A DNA stretch of 64,000 nt from Camelus dromedarius (Eukaryota). Numbering within the stretch: position 1 is the first letter of the stretch; every line of letters begins with the position of its first letter. Where the stretch lies: positions 47,556,001-47,620,000 of the forward strand of contig NC_087437.1 in assembly GCF_036321535.1 (NCBI RefSeq). Direction: 5' to 3'. A model generated the notes under the pieces. The model saw nothing but the letters and a program-made list of their open reading frames with translations. It was not told where the DNA came from and did not search any database. The translations under genes were made by a program, and so were the position numbers. Below are positions 1 through 14,794 of this stretch, piece by piece.

Positions 1-24
1 TACTGTTCTAATTGCTTTACTTAT

Positions 25-182
25 ATTAGTTAATCTTCACAACAACTTTTTAAGGGTACTGTTATTAGTTCCATTTCACAGATAAGAAAACAAAGCAAGG
101 TTCACACATTTAGTCAAATAGTAGAGACAAGATTTTTACTCCAGTTAGTCTAACTTCTGAGTCTGTAGTCTTAGCTATTACT
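25..182 (-). mobile_element. MIR SINE
   Basis: MIR core ccatttcacagataagaaaac in antisense orientation. Confidence 0.65.
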
Positions 183-599
183 GTAATGTTTTTTAATTTA
201 AAAAAACCCTATTTATTGTACTTGGATCTTTACAAGTATGTGTACCAGATATAGACATAATTTCACACATAGCATCCAGTAAATTGAAGGGAATTTATCA
301 TAAAAATTTGAATAATTTTATCATCGCTTTTTGTTATAACTTTCCATTTTGTCCTTATTATGAATGTCAAGTTTTATTACCTCTTGTAAAGTAGTTATTT
401 TAAAGTTTAAATACTTTCTTCTTATGTGTCCTTCATTTTATTTACATACTGACTTATTTAAATTAATGGGCTTTTCTGAATGAAATTACATTATATATAA
501 AAGTAATTAAATATAATTTTAATCATAATGTGAAATCTAACTTTATCTTATTTAGCTTCCCTTTTCTATCTGCCTTTTTCTATAAGCTAATTTGTTTTT

Positions 600-1430
600 A
601 ATTTTATTTTTGCTGAAATACAGCACAAATGCATAAAATTATATAAATCATAATTGCACAGTTTAGTGAATTATCACAAAGTGAACACCTATATAACCAC
701 TACTGTGGTCAAGAATTAGAACATTTATCAGCATTCCAAAAGTGTCTCTCCCAATCCATTAATCTTCTCTCCTTCCCAAAGGTAACTGCTATCTTGACTT
801 CTAACGCTATTGGTTAGTTTTGGTTGTTTCTGAATTTTATATAAATGGACTCAAGGAGTAGCTATTCTTTTGTGTCTAGCTTCTTATATTCAATATTATG
901 TTTGTAAGATTTCATTATTGGTCATTTCTATTGCCATATAGTATGCTGTTGTATGAACATACTACCACTTACCTATCTTACTGTTGGACATTTGAATTTT
1001 TTGAACTTTGAGGATACTGTAAGTAATTCTATTAACATTGTATGCAGAAATGCTTGCATTTCTGTGGTTTAAACCTAGAGTTTGAGCTGAATCATCGGTC
1101 AGTTTTCGTAGGTTGTGCCTTCCAAATTGATTGTACAAATTACACCTCCACTAGCAGTATATGAGATTTCCTGTTACTGTACCTCCTTACCACCCCTTAG
1201 TATCATCAGTCTTTATAGTTTTAGCCATTCTCTTTTAGAGTGATATCTCCATGAGATTTTATTTTCCATTTTTTGGATGACAAATAATGTTGACTATTTT
1301 TCATGTTTATTGGCCATTTGGATATGATCTTGTGAAGTATGTTTTAGTCAGTCTGTGTCCTGTTTTTCCATTTGATTTATCTTTTTCTTGAAATTTGTAG
1401 GAGTTGTTTATATACTCCAGATAAAATCTT
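600..1430 (-). mobile_element. old L1M (L1MC/L1ME-type) 3' fragment
   Basis: Typical antisense L1 3' end and ORF2 tail motifs (cacaaagtgaacacc, ttttagccattct, catgtttattggccatttg). Confidence 0.7.
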
Positions 1431-1440
1431 TTTTTAATAA

Positions 1441-1611
<171 letters not shown>

Positions 1612-2037
1612 TAAAAACTCCATTATACTACTGATTGAATTTTTTCAAGAAGTAGATATTTTTCTTCATTTAAAAAAAATCAATAAGTCAGACATTTTTA
1701 AATAATACATGTGCTTATAGACAGATACCTTGGGAAAGCTTCCAGAATTTATTTTATAATGAGTATGTCCTGAGTTCATGATACACTTTTTAAACATGCA
1801 GAGTGACTATACATAAATATCTTTTAAGTGACTACATGCAAATATCTGTCTTGCTTGGTTTGGTTCCTATCTCCTATTTATAATTAAAGAAAATACATGC
1901 AGTTTCAAATGGGAAAAAGGAAAGAAAGCACATATACTTTGAAAAAGTTAATGTGACTTGTTATAGATACCATTATAAAGACAGTTGTTGAATTCTTCTT
2001 TTGGGGGAAGAAAAGTGTTTTGAAATATGTTTTATAA

Positions 2038-2253
<216 letters not shown>

Positions 2254-2323
2254 TAAATTAGATATTTTTTCTTTTATGACAGGCAACCATAATATATATA
2301 ATAACTTTTATTCCCTCTCTTAG

Positions 2324-2509
<186 letters not shown>

Positions 2510-2654
2510 TGAGTGCAAGCTTTTTATATGGAAAAGTTCCATAAGTTTTAGTTACCCTGGCACAGATCCTATAGGCTCTAGAACAATATTGCAATACAGT
2601 AAAATTCTCTCTGCTAATATGTCTACTGCAGCTGTGCCTCTCCTTAGTTTAACC

Positions 2655-2850
2655 TGCCTTCATTTAACAAATGTTTGTTGAATGCTGACTATATGTACGT
2701 ATTTATTATGTGATAATAACTAGGTAATAAAGTTGTGACCTAAAGAGACCTCTACTGATTGTACAGTCTAATGGTGAAAATAGTCCTGAAACTAGGAAAA
2801 ACAGAAATGTAAGGTTACAAATCATGGTAAGTGTCATGAAGGACACAATA
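2655..2850 (-). mobile_element. L2 3' fragment
   Basis: ttcatttaacaaatgtttgttgaatgct, the antisense L2 tail. Confidence 0.55.
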
Positions 2851-2899
2851 GTGGGCCAAGAAGGACTAAGGGTTTCGGGGGTAGAGGCCCCCGAATAGT

Positions 2900-4233
2900 G
2901 AAATAATGGAATAAATCATCACTGTTACATCATCCTTCAGTCTTCTTGCTGCACAGCCCAGTGTTTTGCATCATTTTTCCAGAGGTATATAAAGCAGTCT
3001 ACAAACAACATCTTTGTAGTTTTTTGTTGCTGTTATTTCTTAGGCTTTCGTTGAACACGACTAATAATTCAGAATTTTTCCCTTTCCAATCATAATGACA
3101 AAGAGAAGAAAACTGAAAGAGGAAAATATTTCGTAATTATTAGACTGATCAGAATATGAATGCAGAGACAGATAATAGAACTTTTAAGCAGTTTCTCAAC
3201 CTCGACATTGGTAACATTTGGGGCCAAAAAATTCTTTGTCATAGGGGCTATTGTGTGCAGTACAAGATGTTTAGCAGCATGCCTGGCCTCTACCCCCTAG
3301 ATGCTGGTAGCACCACCACCACAAGTTGTGACAATCAAAAATGTGTCCAAACAGTACCAAAGGTCCCTTGGAGGCAGAAGGGACTTTAAAGTCACCCCAG
3401 GTGATTTTAAAATCACATCCAGACTCTAATGATGATGTTGAAATTGATCATATAAGTGAAATATCAGATGAGAGTATCTGAGATGAATTTTCTCAAACTC
3501 AGGAAACAATGAACAATGTATCTCCAAAGACTAAAATGACTAGCGTCAGTTAGTCATTCTACAGGAATGACTTCATCACACAGTATTTCTTAACAAGAAA
3601 CTGGACCATGCCTCATCTGCAGTATTTGTTCCATCTTTTATGATGTGCACAAAATTTACTTTGTAAGTGAATAAGTGCTGTAGGCAAGTGTGTATACAAA
3701 GATGATTGGAAGGAAAAGGTGATGTAGAAATTTTTTTAAATCGTGGATTGATTATTCTGATTGATACCTGTAAGTATAAAGTATAGAAGCATTTTGCAAT
3801 TATGAAGCAAAGAAGATTGCTATCCTCTCAAGCAAAATTATGTCATCAACTTTTTCAAAAGTATTGCATTTTAACAATGCAAATATGAGAAGAAAACCCA
3901 GAAGTAATGATAAGCTAGAACTTAATAGATACGTATTTGAAATCTGAAATGAGTATGTACAAGATGGATATATTTCAGGCTCACGCATGGCAGTTGATAA
4001 GCAAGTAGTTTGTTTCATTCAACATATGTTGCCCATTTTGGGTTATGAATTTGGTTCCACTGTGTTTAAATTCTTACTAAGATGTCTAATAAAATTTTTT
4101 CACCATCGTTTTTTTCTTCTCTAAATTATTTTATATTAAAAATACAAACAAAAATAAGTAAATAAAAGACTTAAGACTCCATTGGAACCCAGATGATAAA
4201 TGGTAATGACTACTTTTCCTGATGAGTTGAGGG
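2900..4233 (+). mobile_element. piggyBac-family DNA transposon fossil (Looper-like)
   Basis: Degraded transposase at 3840-4010 (KVLHFNN...NDKLELNRYVFEI*NEYVQDGYISGSRMAVDKQVV); right end ...AGGG followed by TTAA at 4234-4237. Confidence 0.75.
3189..3404 (+). mobile_element. MER20 (hAT-Charlie) nested in the piggyBac fossil
   Basis: cagtttctcaacctcgac...gatgtttagcagcatgcctggcctctacccc...agttgtgacaatcaaaaatgtgtcca. Confidence 0.8.
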
Positions 4234-4239
4234 TTAAGT

Positions 4240-4835
4240 ATTTATTATCTCTTACCTGGACCATTGCAGTAGCCTCCCAGCTGGTCTCCCTCTTTCCCCA
4301 GAGCAGCTGTAATAATATTTATAAAACATAAATAATAATTTTCATCCTTTGAGTAGCTTTCACTGAAAGTAAAATCCAAACCTTTACCCTGACCTACAAA
4401 TTGTGCATGCTCTGAATATGCCTCCTGTCACTCCTCTCCCTCAACTACTGGACTTTAGACTTACTGGTCTTCCTATTCCTCCTTCACACCACACTCATTC
4501 TCCCCTTAGGGTACTTTCACTGTTTCCTTCACCTGCAATATACTCTTTCCCTGATCTTAATGTGGGTGGTTCTTGTCATTTGGATCACAAATTAATATTA
4601 CATTCTCAGAGGCCATTTCTGAACACCCAGTCAAAAGTAGCCACTCAGTCATTCTCTGTCACATCACCCAGAGCATCTATCTAAATCAGCTCTCCAGTAT
4701 TTTTATTTGTTCATTTAATTTCCCACTATAATAGAGGCTCTGTTAATGCAGGGTGTTTTACTATTTTCTGAGCCCAACAGTAAGATCAGGACAAGGTACA
4801 CAGTACATGTATTAATAAAGATTTACTGAGTATGT
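4240..4835 (+). mobile_element. L2 fragment
   Basis: ctcttacctggaccattgcagtagcctcc...ctggtctccc and tail aataaagatttactgagt. Confidence 0.65.
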
Positions 4836-5584
4836 GCCAGTAATATTTCTTTATGCTGTTGGATAAATTAACAATGTTTAAATGTATTAACACCAAGCAA
4901 CTTGGATGTCTACTTTTGTTTTTAGCCATTAGGGAATATATGTAACCCATCCTAAAGGGTGTGTGTTTGTTTTGCATGATACATTAATATGCATTCATAA
5001 TTATTCATTATGCAGTTAATATATTTGTATTTAAAGGGATAAATACATTAGTTGAAATTTTGGAATTACACCAAAAGTTACAGTATTATCCTTTCAGTTT
5101 CCAAACATTCAATGTGCAGTGTTTTAATGGGGTGTTTCTTTCTCCTTTGTTCCCTTATTTATTTTTACTTTTAAAATTGGAAAGCCTTGCAGTGATTATA
5201 AGGATATATTCGGGCAAGGATTATGAAAAAATTTATATTTTTATTTTATTACTTTTATTTTCCGTCTTATTCCAGAGACATTAGCAGATTAATTAATAAG
5301 ATACTAAGAAGGGTCCTCATCAGGAAGAGAAGTAAATTGTTCACTACTACCCACTAGAATCCCAGTCTGGTCTTATCCCTAACTTTGGCAGTTACTATTC
5401 TTTGGTTGGTGGTAATGTTAACCAAGTGAGTTACTGGATTTGTTCCACAAATACTGTCTTAAGTTGGTTCTTTTCTATCCCTGAAAATAAAGTCTTGTAA
5501 TGAAACTAAACTGTTTCACAACCAGTCATAAGCAATGTAAAGTTTATTGCAAATTAATTTTCTTTTTTTACAGATCACTCATGA

Positions 5585-5767
<183 letters not shown>

Positions 5768-6678
5768 TAAGTGTTAAGATGGAGATTCTGTGTTTCTTTC
5801 TACTATTGCAGAAGAAAGAACTGACTTTGACTGATACTGTCACGTTGCTGCCATTACCTGTTAGAGTAAATAAAGCATAATTTACGTGACTTTTTATTAC
5901 AAACACAGTCCATTTTTAAACTGTGGATATAGATGAATATTCCTAGAAGATCATGCTGCATTGGTACTAACCTTGCATATTGAAGGCTTTTTTAAATTCA
6001 AAATCCTTAACATGACTTTTTTTAGGATTTGGGTTTTGGTTTTTGTTTTCAAATAAAATTTAAGATCCAAAAAAAGTACCTGTAGTTTTAGATCAGTTTA
6101 GTTGTGATTTAGTTGGTCTAGAGATTTTCATTTTTAGGAGTTCCTTCCATTTTTTGTTTTTTCTTACACTTTTTTAAAGTAATAGTATAATGCCTCATTT
6201 TCACTTCCAAAGAAATTATCCTGCAGATTGGTAAGTGTACATTGGTTTATTTAAATAAAGCAGTAAAGCAGTTGCAGTGTATTTCTGCAAAAAGTTCATT
6301 TAAACGTAAATTTTGTCCAGTGACCACAGTAGAAGTGCTGCATCCGCTCATGGTTCATGTTAAGTAAGTAGATGAAAAATAGGAACTATACAAAGAGTCT
6401 TAAAACATAAATTCATAATTTTTCCTAAGTACCTGTTCTCCATTTGGATTTTTCATTTTCTATGCCATTATAACTCTGTCTGAGTATATATATACATGTA
6501 TGTGCAGCTATAGTGTTAAATGCAGATTTCTTTTGATTTTAAAGAAGGCTGGTAATGGTAAGAAGTTTTGAAAGTGTTTGGAACTTCTTGAAGATTATCT
6601 AATTGAAAATTTAGATATCTAGGCCTTTTGAATAACATGCAAGAATGGTTTTTATTTTGTTTTGTCGTTCCCACACAG

Positions 6679-6760
6679 GCACTATTGTGTAACTATTCCT
6701 GAAATTCTACCCAAATTGCTTCTGTCTGTCAAATGGAATTCTAGAGATGAAGTAGCTCAG
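6679..6760 (+). CDS. PIK3CA: p110-alpha exon 11
   Basis: AG/GT, 82 nt, [27 protein letters not shown]. Confidence 0.97.
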
Positions 6761-6896
6761 GTAAATGCATGTTTGAAATTACTGAATAACTGTTGCACAA
6801 GTCTGGTTTGTCATTCAGATTGTTTTCTCCCAGAAAGGCTGTTTAAGTATAAAAGATTAAATAGACTTTGTTTTAAATTAACTAATAATGATAATA

Positions 6897-7405
6897 CAAA
6901 TGGTCCCAACTTACCATGGTTTGACTTAAGATTTTTTGACTTTACAATGGTGTGGAAGTGATACGCATTCAGTAGAAACTATACTTCAGATATTGAATTT
7001 GGATCTCTTCCTTGGGCTAGCAGTGTATGATAATAAGATACTCTCTCCTAACACTGGACAGCAGCAGCAAGCTGCAGCTCCCCATCAGCTGGGCGATCAT
7101 GGTGGTAAACAAGCAATCTCTTTACAACTATTCTGTACCCATACAACCATTCTCCTTTTAACTTTCAATACAGTATTCAATAAATTACATGAGATATTCA
7201 ACACTTTATTATAAAATAGGCTTTGTGTTAAATGACTTTGCCCAACTATGGGCTAATGTAAGTGTTCTGAGCATGTTTAAGGTAGTCTAGGCTAAGCTAT
7301 GATGTTCAGTAGATTAGGTGTATTAAATGCACTTTTGACTTAAGATATTTTCAACTTATGATAGGTTTATCAAGACATAGCCCACCATAAGTCACGGAAG
7401 ATCTG
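6897..7405 (-). mobile_element. MER47/Tigger5-type Tc1-mariner element
   Basis: TA on both flanks; imperfect terminal inverted repeats (caaatggtcccaacttaccatgg / ccataagtcacggaagatctg). Confidence 0.8.
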
Positions 7406-7512
7406 TATAGTAAAGAAAAATACTGTTTATACGACTTCCTCTGATAAAATTAATTAGAACTAAACATTTTAAGCACTGAATTCATAAAGGAGAACTTTTA
7501 TCTAATTTTTAA

Positions 7513-7770
<258 letters not shown>

Positions 7771-7978
7771 TAATGTAAAATAGAAAAATAATGTTTTCTT
7801 CTAAATCCTTGCAACTTCCAAAGCCTACTCTATTAACTGGTTTTATGCTTTTTTAAAATTCAGTTTTATTACCTGTAGTACTACTCTCTTCCTGAAAAAT
7901 CTCTAAATCCAACCATGCAGAAAGAAACTGACCCTGATTGGTGTGGAGTTATTTTTATGTTTGTTTTTAATCACGTAG

Positions 7979-8083
<105 letters not shown>

Positions 8084-8655
8084 TAAGTCAAATTATTTTC
8101 CCATTTAATTCCTTAGATGTATATGACTTGTATTCTCAGTAGATATATAAATATGCATTACTTATCTACTGTTGTTTTTGTGTGTCTAGAAGAGTTTTCC
8201 ATACTGAATGTATATCATACCAGTGATAAGTTTCCCTCAGCTTTTTCTCTTTAACATTAAATAAGCAGTAAAATTCTAAATGAAATTTAACACAAGAATG
8301 AGAGCTGAAATATTTTTAAAGATTTTGATTCTACTGTAAGCAAAATAAAATTTGCTAGGTCCAGGATCATGCTGCAGTCAGTTTCACTGTATGTGAGGAT
8401 TAAAATATCCCACTGCTCCCCCAAAATATCTTGCCTTGGTATTCAGAACAATAATGACAATATCCCAAGTTTTTTACAAGAACACAAGCTAATTAAGAAT
8501 AAAAGGTATTTTGCAGAATATGATGTATTTAATACACAAAGTTAGAGGTATAAACCATGTACTTTTTTCTAAATTTAGAAATGGATTTGTAATGACATAG
8601 TTTTTTAAATATTAAAATAAATTAAAAATGGAATCTAGAAGCTAGATTTAAAATA

Positions 8656-8741
8656 ACTTAAATTCAGACACAATACAGAAAAGGTCAAGTAGTGCTCACT
8701 TAAATTCAGACACAGTACACAAGAGTCAAGTAGTGCTCACT
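8656..8741. repeat. two-copy ~42 bp tandem duplication
   Basis: acttaaattcagacacaatacagaaaaggtcaagtagtgctc / acttaaattcagacacagtacacaagagtcaagtagtgctc. Confidence 0.9.
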
Positions 8742-9018
8742 GAGCTCTTCACTCCCTTCTTACTCATTTTATTATTTTAGTGCCTAATTTCCTTTTGTAA
8801 CATTTATATATCTTGTTCTGAGATTAGTAAATGAAAAATAGTTGAAATAAACCTAAAATCTAGTTTTTTGTTTACATTTCCAAGAACTACCTAAAACTTC
8901 TTGATTATTTTGCTTCCAAATGATAGATTTTAAATTATTTTATTGTTAGTATGATTATAACATTAGTTGAATTTAGAAAAAAAATTTTTTTTTTAAGATT
9001 ATATGTGTACTCACTTAA

Positions 9019-9273
<255 letters not shown>

Positions 9274-9329
9274 TGAGATTCCTTTCATTGTTGTTCAGCA
9301 GGGTTGAGAGTCCAGTATATCTGCAGATC

Positions 9330-9552
9330 ATAGGCCTCAGAATTAAGCAGATTAGGATTTAGATACAAGTTCCACTGCTTCTAAGCTATATAATGTTAGA
9401 CACATTATTTAGTCTCTTGAGATTCATTTCCCTCACCTGTAAAATGGAATAATACTTTCTTTATAAGGTTGTTGTGAGAATTAAATCATACGAGATATAC
9501 AAAGCACCTATCATGGTCTCTCGAACATGGCAGGTGCCCAGTAAATGTCTGC
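9330..9552 (+). mobile_element. MIR SINE
   Basis: ttccctcacctgtaaaatgg core and gttgtgagaattaaa tail. Confidence 0.75.
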
Positions 9553-10504
9553 TCCCTCCTCTTTCCCCTCCTTTCGCCTTTATATAGCCCTGAGTCTTAA
9601 AGATGATTTTTCCTTGCTCTGTGTTACTTATTTTCTTTTAGTAATGACCCTAAAAATGAGAGAAAAGAAATCAGTTTTTCTATTTCTAAATTTAAAATGG
9701 ACTCTCAGTCACACAGTAAATGTGTCACACACTCAAGTCATTGACTCAAGTCATTGGCAGTCTAAGTTTGTGTAACTAAGGAACGTGAAATGAAAAGGTT
9801 TTTCATGACTTTTTCCTACTCCTTATCCTTTATTCAATCCAACACACCCTACAGTAAAAAGTGAGCTCATTCTTCACCTCTAGTGAAATGAAAAAAAGAA
9901 AATCCCAGTTTATTAGTGAGTCCCCAAAGAGCAGACAATGTAGATTAGTAGTATGAATAAATTTTTCAACATCTTCATTAATGTTGCTTGAAGAAAAACC
10001 AAGTTTAAAAGAAAGTTACTGTATTAATCTAAATGCCATACAATATGTGAGTGAGTTGATTTTATTGAAATTGTGGTATGTAAGTTCAAATACAGGTTAT
10101 TAGAAAATAATTGTACTGTTTCTGCTGCTGGAATTATGAGCAAGAGGGGACTAGGCTGCTTTTAAATAATAAAATTTGTTATATTTATATTGTAACTGAG
10201 GTAAGAAAAAAGAAATTAGATACTATTTAAATTTGTAAATGCGAGCATTTCTTCTAAATTGAAATTTTCATATCACAGTTAGGCTGTGATGCAGTGGATT
10301 AAAAAAATGATTAAAAAGCACGTTACTTTCCAGCTATGTACTCGAATTTGAGTATAGTATGAGATTTCTCCCAACAATTTCTTTTAGCCTCACTAGACCA
10401 TATACCCAGCAGAGAATGTGGTGAATGTGGTATTTTCTGAAAAACTTAAGAGTAAGATGATTAAGCTGAGATAACATGATGTCTCCATAATTTTTCCTCT
10501 AGAA

Positions 10505-10686
10505 CAAAGGTCAGCAAACTTTTTCTTAAAAAACTAGGTAGTGAATACTTCAGACTTGGCAGGCCATGCAGTCTGCTGTAACTGCTCACCTCTGCTGTTC
10601 TAGTGTGGAAGCAGCTAATGTCTAAATGACTGGTGTGACTTACAAAAACTGGCAGCTGACACACAGGCCATAGTGGCCGAGCCCTG
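10505..10686 (+). mobile_element. MER58A-like (hAT-Charlie)
   Basis: Termini caaaggtcagcaaact / tagtggccgagccctg; 8-bp TSD-like flanks ctctagaa / ctgtagag. Confidence 0.7.
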
Positions 10687-10884
10687 CTGTAGAGCCAAAA
10701 TGTTGTCTCTGTCAACATGCAGAGTTTTTGTCACAGGAAGGTGCGCAGTATTGTCGCTCTCACCTGTCCATCTGAGTTGTGCTGCTTTGTGTTATAGAAA
10801 TCCTTCTAATTAAAATGCAGGCAGTCCAAGACATGAACTCAAAGACTACACAGTACTGTAGTTCCAGTGTATAAAAGAGGTTAG

Positions 10885-11049
<165 letters not shown>

Positions 11050-11563
11050 TAAGGTACTTTATTGGAGGTTTTATTAATACATTTAAACAAGTACTTTCTC
11101 TGGAGAAAATCTTGAAAGAAGTCAAAATGCCCTTTATAATTGTGTTCAATAATATGTGCTACTCTCTCCCATTTCCTACCCTGCAAAATAAGAGTAGTAA
11201 AAATTTCTCAAGTTCAGAGCTGTACTTATTCAGAATGAGTTTTTACTACTTTAAAAATAGAATTTAAAAGTTTCTATGGCCAGAATTTCTGATATCATAG
11301 GATAAGAAGTAGATTGTAATATCTGTAAAACTAATTATATGTCCCTGTATTTATGGAAAATTCATATTCCATTATATATGAAATTTTTAAAGTTAATATG
11401 TATTTTTTTGTACTCAGAAATGAATTTAGAAGTAAAATTGAGGAGAAAGTTTAAAATTTTTATAAATTTCAAAAAGCTATACTATATATGTATTTTAAAA
11501 TAAATTTGAGACTATAAAGAATAACAAAGCTAAAGTTCCTAGTAAAGTTTTCAACTGTTTTAA

Positions 11564-11701
<138 letters not shown>

Positions 11702-11927
11702 TAATGAACTTATGATACATGAATTTAGCTATCTTTGTACACAGGGTATTTATGAACCATGAAGACTGTTGAAAGCCATTTAGGGAATATGCATGTGAGA
11801 AAATATCTAATATTAAGCAGATGTCTTAACCTTTAGAATATGTATGTATAATTATTGAAAAGAAGTACTAGGTTTAGAAACAGAAGGTCTGAAATCAGTT
11901 TTTGTCATTTGTCTAGCTATATGAGTA

Positions 11928-12140
11928 TCCATTCATTCCATAAATATTTGATGTGCTAGGTCCTAAGATTCTAAACATAACACAAAACAGAATCCCTGCC
12001 TTCTTAGAGCTTACAGTCTAGCAGGTAAAAGAGAGACATTAAATAAATAATTACAAAAACAAAATTATAGCCCTGGTACAAAAGAAAAGTGTAGTCTGCT
12101 ATGAAATCATAAAAGAAGGTCTTAATTTACTTGGAGTACA
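11928..12140 (-). mobile_element. L2 3' fragment
   Basis: cattcattccataaatatttg...ccctgccttcttagagcttacagtctag. Confidence 0.6.
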
Positions 12141-12525
12141 GACTGTGGGAGAATACATTTTTATATACTAAAAAAAAATATGTATCATTGATGGGTTTCC
12201 ATTGGGAAGTGACCTTTGAGCACTGAATTCTGTTAATCCAAATATTTTAATATAAACATGTTCAAATTTAAGGACTCTGAAAAATAAGTAGTTTAAATAT
12301 TTTAATTCATTTTTTGTGAAATACCTGCCAGTTTATCTGACATTGTTATACAGATTATATAGATACTTTAGAAATGGGTTAAAGAATCAGATTATTGCTT
12401 CCTTATAGATTATTTTGAAGAGCAAATACAGCTCTGTATTTTTCATATGAAAACAGTGTGATGATATGATACTAAAATTTGCATTTGTGACATTTAATGG
12501 TGTATACATATTATTTGAATTTCAG

Positions 12526-12604
12526 ATTTACGGCAAGATATGTTAACACTTCAGATTATTCGCATTATGGAAAATATCTGGCAAAATCAAGGTCTTGATC
12601 TTCG
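12526..12604 (+). CDS. PIK3CA: p110-alpha exon 17
   Basis: AG/GT, 79 nt, DLRQDMLTLQIIRIMENIWQNQGLDLR. Confidence 0.97.
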
Positions 12605-12869
12605 GTAGGTAACCAGTAAGGCAACATGTATGTTGAAAGTTATCCTGAAAATGTAAATGATTAGTAAATATTAATTATAAAGCATATAGAGTCATAATGT
12701 CTATAAAGGAATGTATAGAGTAGTAACTAACACTAGTTGATTACACTATGGCACTTTCATTTATTCTCTTCTTCATTGGCTTAGATTAGCTAATGAGATT
12801 CAGCTAGTTAAGAAGAACTGTCTCTAATAACCTGATAAAGACTCTGCAATTGCCTCCAAGTGTCACTAA

Positions 12870-13186
12870 CAGTCTTCCCTTGGTATCTGCCAGGGATTGA
12901 TTCCAAGACCCCTGTGGATACCAAAATCCATGGATGCTCAACTCCCTTATATAAAACGGCATAGTATTTGGATATAAGCTATGCATATCCTCCTGTAGAT
13001 TATAAGTCATCTCTGGATTACTCATAATACCTAGTACAATGTAAAGGCTATGTAAATAGTTGGCAGTATGCAGCAAATTCAAGTTTTGCTTTTTTGGAAC
13101 TTTCTGAAATTTTTTCCCCAAATATTTTCCATCTGCAGTTGGTTGAATCCAAGTATGTAGAATCCACCATTATGAAGGGCCAACTG
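12870..13186 (+). mobile_element. MER2/MER2B (Tigger) element
   Basis: Termini cagtcttcccttggtatc / gaagggccaactg followed by TA; internal gataccaaaatccatggatgctcaa. Confidence 0.8.
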
Positions 13187-14794
13187 TAATTTGGAATAGA
13201 GCATAGGAGACACGATACACAGAAGACCCTTTTTTTAATTCAAAAGTTAAGAGTTTCAAAGAAAGTTTCTTCTATAATATAAATTTTTTAATTCTAAAAC
13301 TTTATAAACTGTCTAATCTTAAATCAGTTTTTCAGCAAAATTTATGAAAGCAACTAATCTTAAAGTTTTTGTCATTCTCTTGGTTTCTGCCCAACCCTCC
13401 CAGTTACCAGTATTGTCTCCAAATTTTCTCTCATGCTTCATCTTCTCTTAGTCATTTTTGCTTCTAATAACTTTTCATTTTCTTATCTGTCTCTTTGCAA
13501 ATCCAGAGTCATTCAGGCAAAGGCCAGCCTCTCCAAAAGTACTTTTGTCTGTAGGTAAACAATAGGAGTCAACTCCAGCTGCAGCAGAGTTTGTTGGAGT
13601 TTATTTGTATGCCTCTTTATAGATTGAGTAGCTAATATACAAAAATGTGTTGGTGACAAAGATTAGAATCCTTTTATTGCAAAGAAGAAAAATGGACATC
13701 TCAAGTAACCTGCGAAGGGACAAAATTAAGTCATCAGTTTCAGATTCTTAACTCCTGATTCTTTGTGTAATCCCTGCTGCTTTCCAAAAGCAATTAGTGT
13801 TATACGAACCAAGTTCCTTTTTTGGCATAATTTCATGTGTCATGAAAGAGCCACGTGCCATTACTACTACCACCCCTAGGAGAGCAGAGTACAAAGAAAA
13901 TGCAGAACTAGGCAGAGTAGAGAAAAGGATTGAACTATGTAATTCTGGTAATTACAGTATTTAATTGTAAATTAGTGGCTGTGCAAAAGTGCATTTAAAG
14001 TTAAGCTAGGTCATTGGAAGGTAAGTTGGATCTTTGGGAAGTTGTCACATCTTAAAATATTTTCTAAATATTTTTCTTTTAAGGAAATTTAAGTTAAAAT
14101 CTTATTTAAAATTTAAATTTAAACAAGAAGTGAATTTAAGTAAAATCATAGCATTTTTAGTTATACTTCACAAAGCTTAGATTCAGGTCTATTATAACTC
14201 TGCTTAGGTTTTTTGTTTCTTTTTTTTTTTTTAGTAATAAGCCTTATAGGACTATGTGACTCTTTAAACCATAAACATGTTCAACATTAATAGAATTAAA
14301 ATAAGAGAGAATGATCAGGAGTACAACCTTAAGAAATTCCTGTATTTACTAGGATAGAAGAAAAGATTCCATAAGAAAAATGGTCAAAAGGGTAGGAAGA
14401 CCAGAGTAAGTGATTCACAAAACTCAAAAGGGGAGAGATTCACAAACAGTTTACAGTATTAGGTACTGCAGGAGTTTAAGAGCATAAGGACTGTGGAAAA
14501 GCCCTTGGATTTGATGATTCATGATTAGCTTTAAGAAGAGTTGAGTCAGCAGAGTGGTAGGCATAGAAATTAGGCTACAAGGAATTAAGTGAGAAAATGA
14601 GATTAAGTGTAGACCATTATTCTGTTAGGAATTTTAAAAGTAAAGGAAACATGGAAAGTATGAACAGTAGCTTATGAAAACAACAGAGCAAGAAAAAACA
14701 TACTTCAGTACTTAAGTGCCAGTTGGAATGTTAGGTGCTTTTTTTCATTGTTTCTTTAAATTAACACCCTTTATGACATATTTTGTGTTATTCC

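Noticed and set aside
8656..8741. CRISPR-like repeat array
   Set aside because: Eukaryotic intron; only two adjacent copies and no spacers
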